From assembly GCA_963817895.1 (NCBI GenBank), contig CAWFQB010000007.1, forward strand, positions 128,001 through 192,000: DNA of 64,000 nucleotides, given 5' to 3'. The position numbers were made by a program, and so were the translations under genes. Below the pieces are notes generated by a model, which did not search any database, was not told the DNA's origin, and saw nothing but the letters and a program-made list of their open reading frames with translations. Source of the stretch: an uncultured Chthonomonadaceae bacterium. Its GTDB lineage: Bacteria > Armatimonadota > Chthonomonadetes > Chthonomonadales > Chthonomonadaceae. Below, one piece after another: positions 41,619-50,400 of the stretch; within the stretch, counting starts at the first letter, position 1, and every line of letters starts with the position of its first letter.

Positions 41619-41709
41619 TACGGTGATAATCTTCATCGCGCGGTTTTTAGAATCCATCAGCAAACTTGTCAAATGTTCCTTCTTCAAGTCGCGCATCTCC
41701 GGCATCAGG
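41619..41709 (-). pseudogene. radC: Diverged internal radC fragment (LMPEMRDLKKEHLTSLLMDSKNRAMKIITV)
   Basis: Aligns to 42861-42949; most differences are synonymous. Confidence 0.85.
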
Positions 41710-41715
41710 CAAGAT

Positions 41716-41934
41716 TTACTTTGCTATGACGGGTTCCTGCACAGCCTCAAATTGGATGCCATGATCGCCGGGATAGGGCTGGCTGTGTGAGTTCTCGCCC
41801 ATCCAGATGGTTAGCGGTATGCCGTCGGGGAAAGCAGCGCAAGCGCGTTTCACATTTGGATTCCAATGCCGGCAGAAAGCGCAAACTTCGCTAAAAGCTG
41901 GAATTTCGTGATCCCTGTCAATTGTTATGGGCAT
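41716..41934 (-). CDS. Small CxxCxH...C metal-binding protein (CAAFPDGIP...GDHGIQFE)
   Basis: 72-aa ORF with GGAGGAG RBS; the motif resembles small proteins seen beside phage minor-head genes (recollection). Confidence 0.7.
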   Translation of the reverse strand: MPITIDRDHEIPAFSEVCAFCRHWNPNVKRACAAFPDGIPLTIWMGENSHSQPYPGDHGIQFEAVQEPVIAK

Positions 41935-41939
41935 GACGC

Positions 41940-42488
41940 TTACTCCTCCACTCTATTGTAACGCAGCCCAACCAATTCTGCAACCTGTACCCATATTTCA
42001 TGATCAAGCCGGGCAGATGCTTCTTGTGGACTGATGGCGTGGCGCAATGCCGCGCTGTATAATTCGGCCTTGACTTCCTGGTAAACCAGATCGTAGAGCG
42101 GGCGTATCTCCTGATTCCAGGTAAGTTCCGTCCAGCCCAATGGCGATGGCCGCATAGAATTAGGTGAACTTCGGACCAACAGCGCGGATTTCCGCCATTT
42201 CCGCGTGGCAGGCCAGAAGAATATCTTCCGGCGAAAACGAATTGCCGACATGACGGGCATCAGTTGGATCGTAGTTCCATCCTCGCGGATGATTATGCGT
42301 GAAAGTGATATCGGAAATTGTTCTCAGTATATCTACTTCTGCGTCCGTAAACTCAATTTCGTAATCTTCATCCGGCTTTGAACTTTTCTGTAAAATCACA
42401 TTGCCATTGCGGTCATAAGCGATCCCGACCTCGGAACGGAGCAGGCGCAGTTCCCGCTCTTTTTCCCGCACAATGTCAATCAATGCCA
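41940..42488 (-). CDS. JAB/MPN-like domain protein (E...THNHP...SFSPED), frameshift near 42160
   Basis: JAB metal motif HxH...S..D; removing one base joins the two ORFs as KFTYSMRP. Confidence 0.7.
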
Positions 42489-42610
42489 TCTTTTCCTCAC
42501 AACTGCCATATCTGAATGACCTGGCTGAAAACAAGCCTGTGTCTTTAGCCTTCAATGGCAATTCGCGTTCATTCGCGTGTATTCGCGGCTAAACACTCCT
42601 CTCATTCTTC

Positions 42611-43080
42611 TCAAATCACGCCGCGCTCTTTGAGTGAAATCCAGCGGTTGTCGCCGATAACGATGTGATCCAGCAGGTCAATGCCGATAAGCTGGCCCGC
42701 CTCGTACAAACGTTGCGTAATGCGCTTGTCTTCCGGGCTGGGCGTGGGGTCGCCGCTCGGATGGTTGTGCGCGATGATGAGAGACGCGGAACTGGCGAGG
42801 ATCGCATCCTTGAAAACTTCGCGGGGATGGACGAGGCTGCTATCCAGAATCCCCACGCTGACCGTGATAATCTTCATCACGCGGTTTTTAGAATCCATCA
42901 GCAGTGATTTTAGATGTTCCTTCTTCAAGTCGCGCATTTCCGGCATCAGCAGGTTCGCCACATCCTGCGGGCTGCGGATGCACGGGCGTTCCTCGTTGCT
43001 CAGAGCGGACAGGCGCTTGCCCAGTTCCACAGCGGCGATAATCTCCACCGCTTTCACCGGACCGATTCCTTTGACAGAGG
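42611..43080 (-). pseudogene. radC: radC 3' part (HhH end + JAB domain), interrupted by the prophage
   Basis: SVKGIGPVKA...VHPREVF...AHNHPSGDPTPSPED...LLDHIVIG. The N-terminal part is missing and there is an in-frame stop just upstream. Confidence 0.92.
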
Positions 43081-43103
43081 GGCATGTACTGTACCGGTCA
43101 AAG
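43069..43103. other. Putative att junction
   Basis: CTTTGAC-N21-GTCAAAG inverted repeat straddling the radC breakpoint. Confidence 0.6.
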
Positions 43104-43347
43104 CATTAGCACACACTTGTGGAAATGGGTTGGTTCAAGTCTGCGCCTCCTACTTGCGCGCTTACATTTCAATTCAAGTAGAACCAAAACACGTTTAGAT
43201 AGCCCAAGTTGCTACCTAGATTTAGCAATCTCGAAGGTTCAAGCGCAAAGTGCTACATTTGACAAGTCGCTATGCCAAAAGTGGTTAGAGGTAGCATCTT
43301 GGGTAATCAATGTTATCAAGGGGAGATCACTGTCGTAGGTGGTGAAA

Positions 43348-44455
43348 TCAGCCGATAAGTCTTAAGGTGACATCATCCTGCGTGTAAGTGCGTTGCGGCG
43401 CAGGCTCGGCAGGCTTGGGCAAGTACGCTTGTACTGTCGGCATGATAACCAACAGATTTTGTGTGGACAGATGCAGACTTCGCGCAAAGTCTGCGGGCGA
43501 CTCCTGTTTGGCAGCCATGCTGTCAAAAGCCATCTTGTGCAGCAGCGAGTGTTCGCGTGGGATCGCAACCGGCTCTTTCATACGCCAGCCATTCATGGAA
43601 AGCTGTTTGAATGCCTTCTCGTAGTACCAGTCGTCAAACAGTCCCAAATCGCGCCCGCGCCGAATCATAGCCTGAATAGACACCTTCCAACGTGCTCTTG
43701 AGACGCAGATACTCATTAAATGCCGGAAGCCGTGGCGACTTGTAACGGAACTGTTCGGCAGGCATCAAGAAAGCGGCGGCAAAGGCGTTGGCCTCGTCTT
43801 CAATTTGCGGGCCATCCACTTCGACTGCATGGCGATGCAACACCAAATGTCCAAGTTCGTGCGCAGCATCAAAGCGCGCTCGGTCGCCTGCCTGCGTATG
43901 GACGTTGAGAAGCACATAAGGAATATCGTTGCGCCACAGGCAGAAAGCGTCCAGATTGGAAATCGGTTCGCCCGTCCAGTACACTTCCACGCCCTTACTT
44001 TCCAGCAGATGCACCATATTGTGAATGGGGCCTAATCCTAACTGCCAGGCGTCGCGCAACAGCTGCGCGGCCTGGGTGGGCTTCTCCTGCGAGAGATCGG
44101 GCAGGTTTTTGACTGGCATTTGAAAACGCTGCCCCAGACGCGGGGATATAATTTCGGTAGCAAGCGCGCCTGTAGCACGGGCTTTGCCCCGATGCGCAGC
44201 TTTGAGGGAGTAGCGCGAACGGAAACTCACGACCTGCTCATTGGGCAGCTCTATCGGCCCGGCAGAAAAGAAGGTTTCGGCAAAGTCCAGACGAAACGCC
44301 ATGCGGCGCACTATTTCAGGCGGTGGTATACGCTTGCCTTCCTCATAGTACGTGATACTTTGCGCCGACAACTCCAGTTCTTCGGCAAGCGTTTTGCGGT
44401 GAAGCCCCGCGTATTCACGCGCCAGCGTCAAGCGCTTCCCATAAAAGACGGACAC
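43348..44455 (-). CDS. XRE HTH + ImmA/IrrE metallopeptidase (RmrA-like), frameshift near 43715
   Basis: RLTLARE...LAEEL...YYEEG; RFDAAHELGH; EDEANAFAAAFLMP; WKVSIQAMIRR. Confidence 0.88.
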
Positions 44456-44467
44456 ACGATTTTCCTC

Positions 44468-45190
44468 CTATCCTTTGGTTCCGGTTTGGTCGTCCTGTTC
44501 CGGTTGTCGGTTTCCTTCACTCCCCTCATGAGGCTTCTCCGGGAGTATAAACGTGCTAGGCGTACTGTCGGGCTGATGTTCCTGCGAAACAGGAGCTCGG
44601 TACGCGCTCATGTCTATCGCGCCGAGGAACTCAATGTCGCAGCAGTAATACTCGCCTTTGCGGATGATGCGCGTAGGAACAACGGCATAAATGCGGAGTT
44701 GGTTCTGTTTTGTGCGCTGACTAACGATCATCACATTGAGCGCGCGAATCAGCGGCGGCTGTGCCCCGTGCAAATCTTCCAGAGGTATTTGCGTCTGTCC
44801 CTCCGGGTCCCAAGAGTGATTTGCTAGAATGAACCGCTTGGTGACAATCCCCTTCCTCTCTCCCAGAAAGACATGTTTTCCCTTGATCTCACCCGTAACA
44901 ACGATGAAGGTCGTTTGAATGTCATTTTTAGGTGGCGCAAGCAGGCGGGGTTGATTCATTTCGGGCTTGTAGAGATACCCTAAATCGTAGGTTTCCTGTG
45001 CCAGATATTGACAACGATAACTCCAGCTATCGAAGCCAGGCGCAGTAGGGGGATAGAATTTGGTTTCTGCGCGCAACAAACCGATGTAATCGCCGTGCGG
45101 CATGGCTCTGCGAATGGCGCTCAACAAAAGCGGATCGTCACGAACCATGTCCAGTGGAAGCGGTACATCTTCAGGAAGCGCTAACTGCAT
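44468..45190 (-). CDS. Hypothetical protein, putative toxin partner (RmrT-like position)
   Basis: Immediately upstream of and co-oriented with XRE-ImmA; own promoter TTGATT-N17-TATACT near 45223-45251. Confidence 0.5.
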   Translation of the reverse strand: MQLALPEDVPLPLDMVRDDPLLLSAIRRAMPHGDYIGLLRAETKFYPPTAPGFDSWSYRCQYLAQETYDLGYLYKPEMNQPRLLAPPKNDIQTTFIVVTGEIKGKHVFLGERKGIVTKRFILANHSWDPEGQTQIPLEDLHGAQPPLIRALNVMIVSQRTKQNQLRIYAVVPTRIIRKGEYYCCDIEFLGAIDMSAYRAPVSQEHQPDSTPSTFILPEKPHEGSEGNRQPEQDDQTGTKG

Positions 45191-45298
45191 AAGGCGTGTT
45201 CTCCAGTCGAGTATTTTCACACAGTATACAGAAAAAGTTTGAAAAAATCAACAGTGGTATATTTGTCTACGTTTGCAGGATGTGTAAGTTCCCATACC

Positions 45299-45511
45299 TT
45301 ACTTCTCAAAGAGATCGCCAAACGCATTGAATTCTTTCGCCGCACCCACAGGACGCAGCCATTGTCGGGCGGCGTCCTTGCCGTAAATGCTTTGCCAGCC
45401 ATCCGGCCAGGTGACATGCGCCTGACCGCCGGGGGTAACATGCGTGACGCGCCCCTGGGTACGCTCCCGTTCCGCGTCCTGTACCAGATTGCCGACATAG
45501 GGCCGGTTCAC
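45299..45511 (-). CDS. Small SH3-like phage protein
   Basis: 70 aa; GRVTHV...AHVTWPDG. Confidence 0.5.
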   Translation of the reverse strand: MNRPYVGNLVQDAERERTQGRVTHVTPGGQAHVTWPDGWQSIYGKDAARQWLRPVGAAKEFNAFGDLFEK

Positions 45512-45795
45512 GCTTGTACCTCCTGTGGAAGCGGGTAGTCGGGAAAGTCGGCTTCACGCTCCAGCCGGCTCACGCCGACCGCGTACTGACGGCCATCCTC
45601 ATCGAAGCGTACCAACGCCTGCCCGTTGCTCTCGCTTTGCGTTACAATGCCGCGCTTCCCATCCAGTTTCGGATCTGGGGTTGTCAGTATCACGCGGGTT
45701 CCCTCGGTCAGCATGTTCATCTCCTTTTTAGCCGCTTCCTCTTCACGCAGGAACTGCTCAATCCACTCGTCTAAATCGCCTGTCTCATCAAACAT
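45508..45795 (-). CDS. Small KOW/SH3-like phage protein
   Basis: GTRVIL...GKRGIV...VRFDE; overlaps the next start. Confidence 0.55.
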   Translation of the reverse strand: MFDETGDLDEWIEQFLREEEAAKKEMNMLTEGTRVILTTPDPKLDGKRGIVTQSESNGQALVRFDEDGRQYAVGVSRLEREADFPDYPLPQEVQA

Positions 45796-45842
45796 GAAAA
45801 CCTCTTGCCGGGGAAACCGCCCCGGCTCGGTGTTCGGTCAAG

Positions 45843-46208
45843 TTACGCGGCGAAGCGGTTGTCGCGTAGGCCGCAGGCCAGTTCCAACAGGCGCAGGTCG
45901 CTGTTGACCTGCTGTACGCGCAATCGCGCCGTTTCGATTTGAAACTTCAGCACCGCCTTGCGATTTTCAAGCCGCTGCACGTCGCGCAGTTCCGCGCTTG
46001 TCAGGGAGGCTAATTTCGCTTCCCGCTGCTGCTCGTTTTTGCCGAGGTCAGCCGGTTCAATTGTCAGAATGAACTGCGTCCGGGCGTTCGTCAGCGCGGT
46101 TTGCGCTTCCACGAGGTCAGCCTCCAGCGTCGCCGCTTCGCACAGGAGGGTCGTCAGGCTGTTGTACGCGCTATCGTTTTCCATAGCCACCTCATTCACG
46201 GTTTTCAT
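45843..46208 (-). CDS. Coiled-coil hypothetical protein
   Basis: Helical; LGKNEQQREA. Confidence 0.55.
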   Translation of the reverse strand: MKTVNEVAMENDSAYNSLTTLLCEAATLEADLVEAQTALTNARTQFILTIEPADLGKNEQQREAKLASLTSAELRDVQRLENRKAVLKFQIETARLRVQQVNSDLRLLELACGLRDNRFAA

Positions 46209-46251
46209 CAGAGTTCCTTTCCCGCGTGTCGGATGCGCGGCCCCCACTTTG

Positions 46252-46485
46252 TCAGCCCCGGTAACGCTCTTCAATGCAAGGGAAAAACGCCTCTGCCTGC
46301 TGCTGCGTCAACTTGTCGCCGCGCTCGGCCACGAGGGTTTCCGCCTCCTCTTTCGGCATGTCCTCGGACGTTGCGCCGATGTAGGCAGCCCAGTCGCACC
46401 CCTCATGGATAACCGCCAGAATGGTGGCGCGTTGACCGCGCATGTGGAAGTGCAGCGGGATCGTCGTTTTGTCGTGTTTTGCCAA
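46252..46485 (-). CDS. Small hypothetical protein
   Basis: DWAAYIG...VAERGDKL...AEAFFP; AGGAG RBS. Confidence 0.55.
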   Translation of the reverse strand: MAKHDKTTIPLHFHMRGQRATILAVIHEGCDWAAYIGATSEDMPKEEAETLVAERGDKLTQQQAEAFFPCIEERYRG

Positions 46486-46494
46486 TTCTAACTC

Positions 46495-46773
46495 CTATTC
46501 TCTCGCAAACATTTGAACTGCTTCCGCGTCGGAAAGGGGTTCGTCTCGCTGCATCAGGGCTTGCATTTCGGGCAGTGTGTGCCAGGGTTTCGCGCCGACA
46601 ATCGCGCATAAGAGGAAGTGGCCCCTGCCGGGAAATCGCGCTTCAAGGGATTGTTCCGCTGCGGCATACCCGCGTCGGCACTCCTCATTCGTGAAGTTGT
46701 GTCGCCTGTCGTCATACCCTGCTTTGAACTTGCCTTTGAATTTGTACTTGCCTTCCTGCGCGCCTTCCTGCAT
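46495..46773 (-). CDS. Small hypothetical protein
   Basis: First gene after operator 1; GKFKAG...RHNFTNEECRRG. Confidence 0.55.
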   Translation of the reverse strand: MQEGAQEGKYKFKGKFKAGYDDRRHNFTNEECRRGYAAAEQSLEARFPGRGHFLLCAIVGAKPWHTLPEMQALMQRDEPLSDAEAVQMFARE

Positions 46774-46807
46774 CTGCTTGCCCTTCCCTGCGTGTTATAC
46801 TTATATA

Positions 46808-46825
46808 CTACCTAACGCTAGGTAG
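46808..46825. promoter_or_regulatory. Operator 1, CTACCTA-ACGC-TAGGTAG, inside a leftward promoter
   Basis: 7-bp inverted repeat; TTCCTG-N17-TAGTAT on the minus strand. Confidence 0.75.
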
Positions 46826-46892
46826 AACAGGAAAAGAAAAATAGGGAATTTCAGATTATTTTGAAATTCCCTTTCGCGTTCAGGTGTTCAGG

Positions 46893-47156
46893 TTAGCGGT
46901 TGCGGCTCAGGTATTCGGGTTCGGGCGCGCCATGAAAGCGGGGCGGCATCGGGCAGGTACAGGCGTCGCCGTGATTGCGGCAGTTCGGGCAGAACCCGTG
47001 TTCATCCTCTTCCGGCTGAACGTAGCCGCCTTTGGGCCATGACAAGTTCATTCCGGCACAGGTGACAACAATCGGCAGCGGGGCGTCCAGCGCGAGGGCG
47101 GCTGTAACAAAGCGACGGCGGGGGCGAATCGTAACCATTGTTTTTGTTCCTTCCAT
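46893..47156 (-). CDS. Small Cys-rich protein
   Basis: CPNC...CTC. Confidence 0.45.
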   Translation of the reverse strand: MEGTKTMVTIRPRRRFVTAALALDAPLPIVVTCAGMNLSWPKGGYVQPEEDEHGFCPNCRNHGDACTCPMPPRFHGAPEPEYLSRNR

Positions 47157-47257
47157 TGGGTAAAATGGAACCGTTCAGCTCGCAAGGTTTGAACGGTTCC
47201 CGGTTTTCGGGAGGGGCTTAGGGGATGTTATCAGCATCATCCTAAGCCCTCTTTTGT

Positions 47258-47632
47258 TTACAGCAGGTAGTCAACCCCTGCCGTACATTCGGCCTCTTCG
47301 ATGAGTTTGTAGGCCGCTTCAAACTGCGCGATGGCCGCTGTTTCCTTTTGGATTTCTTCCCATGCCAGCGTATGTTTGCAGTAATCGTTGTGCTTTGCGA
47401 AGTCGGGGCAGCTACAACCATTCTTGATTTCAGGAGCGGAGAAGTTTTCGTGAATCCAGTAGGAGGGAGCATCCTGCGCGTCGGTGGGTTTGCGGACGGC
47501 CACCAATTTTACCGGGCTGTCGGGAAGCGTGCATTCGATGAATTGGTAGCCCTCTTTGAGAAGAGACTGGGCTTTTGTCCACGAGTTGGCGAGTCTGCGA
47601 ATGGCGGTCAGGTTGGTGGGTTGGCTGTTCAT
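47258..47632 (-). CDS. SWIM zinc-finger protein
   Basis: CSCPDF...CKH. Confidence 0.8.
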   Translation of the reverse strand: MNSQPTNLTAIRRLANSWTKAQSLLKEGYQFIECTLPDSPVKLVAVRKPTDAQDAPSYWIHENFSAPEIKNGCSCPDFAKHNDYCKHTLAWEEIQKETAAIAQFEAAYKLIEEAECTAGVDYLL

Positions 47633-47683
47633 TTCGGTTCCTTTTCGATGCAGAAGGTGTCTGCGCGTTGTTATACTCTCATA

Positions 47684-47774
47684 CTACCTAGCGTTAGGTA
47701 GAACCGGAAAGCGACGCGGAAAATAAATAAATATCTTTTTCCGCTTGACACTACCTAGCGATTAGTTGTATACT
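47684..47774. promoter_or_regulatory. Divergent promoters with operators 2 and 3
   Basis: CTACCTA-GCGT-TAGGTAG at 47684-47701; TTGACA-ctacctagcgattagttg-TATACT at 47745-47774. Confidence 0.78.
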
Positions 47775-47798
47775 TGCGAGACACAGGAGGGAATCAAG

Positions 47799-48043
47799 AT
47801 GAGCCGTGAAGCAGGGCAGGAAATGCAGAACCCGGATGAGGAAACGCGCCGTAATGCCGCCCGCGTTCTGGGCAGCATCAAACGGAGAAACGCGCCGCCG
47901 CCAGTCGGGAGAACGGCAAACAGGGTGGGGTCCGCAATCCTACGGACGACTACCGCGCGAAACTCAGTGCCGGCCAACAAGCCCGCCGCGAACGGGAGCG
48001 CCTCGCCAAACTGGGAACGGGAACGGAGGAGCCTGCAAAATGA
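47799..48043 (+). CDS. Small basic putative DNA-binding regulator (LGSIKTEKRAAASRENGKQGG), frameshift near 47880
   Basis: AGGAGG RBS; adding one A in the A-run restores an approximately 81-aa ORF whose TGA overlaps the next ATG (ATGA). Confidence 0.6.
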
Positions 48044-48306
48044 AGATGTACGCGAACTTGAACGACTACGCCGACCACATGCGCCAGGAAACGGGTTCGA
48101 TCCTCGCCGGTCTGTGCCGGGAACTGGGGCCGGAGCATGACATCACGCTGCGCGTCGCCGGTCTCTGCACCGAAGCGGCCACCGTGTTAAATCAGCGCCA
48201 GATGCAGCAGGAGAGCGGGGACGCGGAACGGTACAACCTAACGGCCCTGGTGGTGGACCCGGAGACGGCGAGCAACTCGGAGACGGGGTGGGAACAGGAG
48301 GACTAG
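48040..48306 (+). CDS. Small acidic hypothetical protein
   Basis: GGAGGAG RBS; ATGA coupling; 88 aa. Confidence 0.6.
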   Translation: MKMYANLNDYADHMRQETGSILAGLCRELGPEHDITLRVAGLCTEAATVLNQRQMQQESGDAERYNLTALVVDPETASNSETGWEQED

Positions 48307-48310
48307 CCTT

Positions 48311-48511
48311 ATGGGGATGTATTCGGTCGTATGGCGGCGTTTGTTGGGCGTGGTCAGTTTGTCTATCGGCCTGCTCCTGGGAATTCTCATTTTGAAGGCG
48401 GAGTTGTTGGGAGCGCAGGGACACCGAGATTTTCGCGCGCTGATTATGCCGGTACTGCTGATCGCAGTCGGCGCGAACTGGATGCGCGGCAAGACGGTAC
48501 ATTTGAAATGA
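48311..48511 (+). CDS. Small two-TM membrane protein
   Basis: Two hydrophobic segments; AGGAGG RBS. Confidence 0.6.
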   Translation: MGMYSVVWRRLLGVVSLSIGLLLGILILKAELLGAQGHRDFRALIMPVLLIAVGANWMRGKTVHLK

Positions 48512-48627
48512 AACCCGAACAACCCCCAAGGCCGGAGGAAGCGCCGCTCCTGTGTCCTATCTGCCTGCACCCGATTCCCTACAGCAAGAAGTTGCAGTGT
48601 CGGCGTTGCGGCTACATGCCGGGTTGA
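48508..48627 (+). CDS. Mini zinc-ribbon protein (39 aa)
   Basis: CPIC...CRRCGY; ATGA overlap. Confidence 0.5.
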   Translation: MKPEQPPRPEEAPLLCPICLHPIPYSKKLQCRRCGYMPG

Positions 48628-48672
48628 AGCAATGGCGAAGGCTGCTAGTCTGGCAGCAGGAGTAGACTACGG

Positions 48673-49332
48673 ATGCATCCCACGAACGCCGAACTTTCCC
48701 GCCATTTGCGCCCGCGCCGGCCTTCGCGCTGGTACGGACTTGCCGCGCTGACGGTTATAACAGGCTTTTGCTCCGTCGTACCCCGCGCCGTATCCTTTGC
48801 GGCGGACGGACGGTTGAACGCCTTGCGCCCTGTGCCGTCGGATGCAAGCCTGCGCCACTCCCTGCTACTTGTCGCGCGCCCGAAAGTGGAGGCGCTGCGC
48901 CACAAACTCAGCAAACGCGGGGCTGTCGGCGAAAGCAATGGCGTGTTTTTTCGCGCTCCTGAATGTCAGGTCGGCAGTATTGCGGGCAGCCGGATCACGC
49001 GCAACGGCCCCACCATTGCGGGACTGGTGACGGTTTCCTGCGTCTGGAAGTCTACAGCAGAGCGGACGTTTCGGGATCAGGATGAGGCGGAACAGGCGGA
49101 GTTGACTGAGCGCGAACCGGGCCGGTTGCGTCTGACGTTCGCGTGGACAGAGGGCAAGTGGCTGTACAAGGGCGCAAAGAAAGAGATGAGGGACTTGTAC
49201 CGCCCCGACAACCCGGCGACATTTTGCGTCTGCATGTTTCCCATTGGCGATGTAGAGCTGGATACCTACAAAGGAGATCATCATGTCACTCAATGCTGGT
49301 TTTGTGAAAAGAAATCGGGAAATCACAATTGA
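48673..49332 (+). CDS. Hypothetical protein
   Basis: 219-aa ORF with AGGAG RBS. Confidence 0.45.
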   Translation: MHPTNAELSRHLRPRRPSRWYGLAALTVITGFCSVVPRAVSFAADGRLNALRPVPSDASLRHSLLLVARPKVEALRHKLSKRGAVGESNGVFFRAPECQVGSIAGSRITRNGPTIAGLVTVSCVWKSTAERTFRDQDEAEQAELTEREPGRLRLTFAWTEGKWLYKGAKKEMRDLYRPDNPATFCVCMFPIGDVELDTYKGDHHVTQCWFCEKKSGNHN

Positions 49333-50326
49333 AGAGTGTAATACAATGTTTAAGTGCGGGAAATGAAGACGTCTCGACCTTTGTTCAGTTCCCCCTCAAC
49401 ATCAGACGAAATATGAGCCTGATAGGTCTCGATCCACGCTGTGGGGACTGTGAATCCTGTTACGCTCGCATGGCTGCAGCACCGACGGCTCTCCAAGTGC
49501 GCCGTGAGGTATGCGGGCTTTTCTTCGGCTCTTGTTTTTCTATGGACCTGATGCGTCTGCGAAGGCGTACTGCGTAAATCGTCGCTGTTATCGCGCGCAT
49601 TTGGGCTAGCAAGCCGGACGCCCTGCTCTCCAGCGCGTGAAAGCCAGCCATTCCTACAAAACCAACGTCGGCGACATCCTGAACGCCTGCCCATGCCCGT
49701 CTATTGGAAATGGCTCCAAGTTGAGGAGTACCGCGAAGGGCATCTGCGGTTCCTGCTCTCCATCGGCGATACGTCGCGTGTATGCCCCGACACAGAAGAG
49801 GACATCGTGAGAGATCCTGCGCTTTTTTAATCATAATCTGCGCCATGCTCTTATTGGCTTTAATGATATGGTTGCCGTTACATGAGGCAGGAGTCAATGG
49901 ACGTCTTGCGATAGACCAAGCGGAAATCGAAGGCGGCTGCGCCTGGTGAGTTTTATTCTTTTTTGGTAGCCGGTCGCAACTTTTAGTATATACTGCAAAA
50001 AACATGGAGAAAGGAAAGATGAAGCGATGTGGCATCACAGTTATTGTTACGGATGCCGCTGAAGGCGGATCGACGTGGATGTCAAGGAGTGACCAGTACA
50101 CTCATTGACGTGGACATGGCGGACTTGTGCTGGTTCTTGGAGACGGGGCTGCGGATGGATCCGACTCGGTATTGATGAATAATCCGCATACATGCGACAC
50201 AGTAGAATTCCTTGCGCTACTCTTCGTGTACTCGTGTGCTTCCCTCTCTTCCCTTCTCGTGTACACCTCTCTACACTGAAAAAAATACCTGAGTTTTCTT
50301 TCCTGTTTCACCGACAACAAGGGTGA

Positions 50327-50346
50327 TTTGGCATGAATCTTGCAAT
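50327..50346 (+). promoter_or_regulatory. Sigma-54 (-24/-12) promoter motif, copy 1
   Basis: TTTGGCATGAATCTTGCAAT. Confidence 0.6.
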
Positions 50347-50400
50347 AGCCAAGTTTATAACCCCATTTTAGAGGTAGCCCCGCCTCAGTTGGAAGTTCCG

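Noticed and set aside
41664..43267. 13-bp reverse-complement match between the radC remnant (41664-41676) and the att-proximal hairpin (43255-43267) as a guide/bridge-RNA target
   Set aside because: Found post hoc. The remnant's sequence is explained by codon divergence, and no IS110-type recombinase is in the window.
43125..43312. Retron msr-msd
   Set aside because: No reverse transcriptase in the window.
49329..50320. Overlapping ORFs on both strands
   Set aside because: No recognisable motifs or consistent RBS; probably decayed or non-coding DNA.
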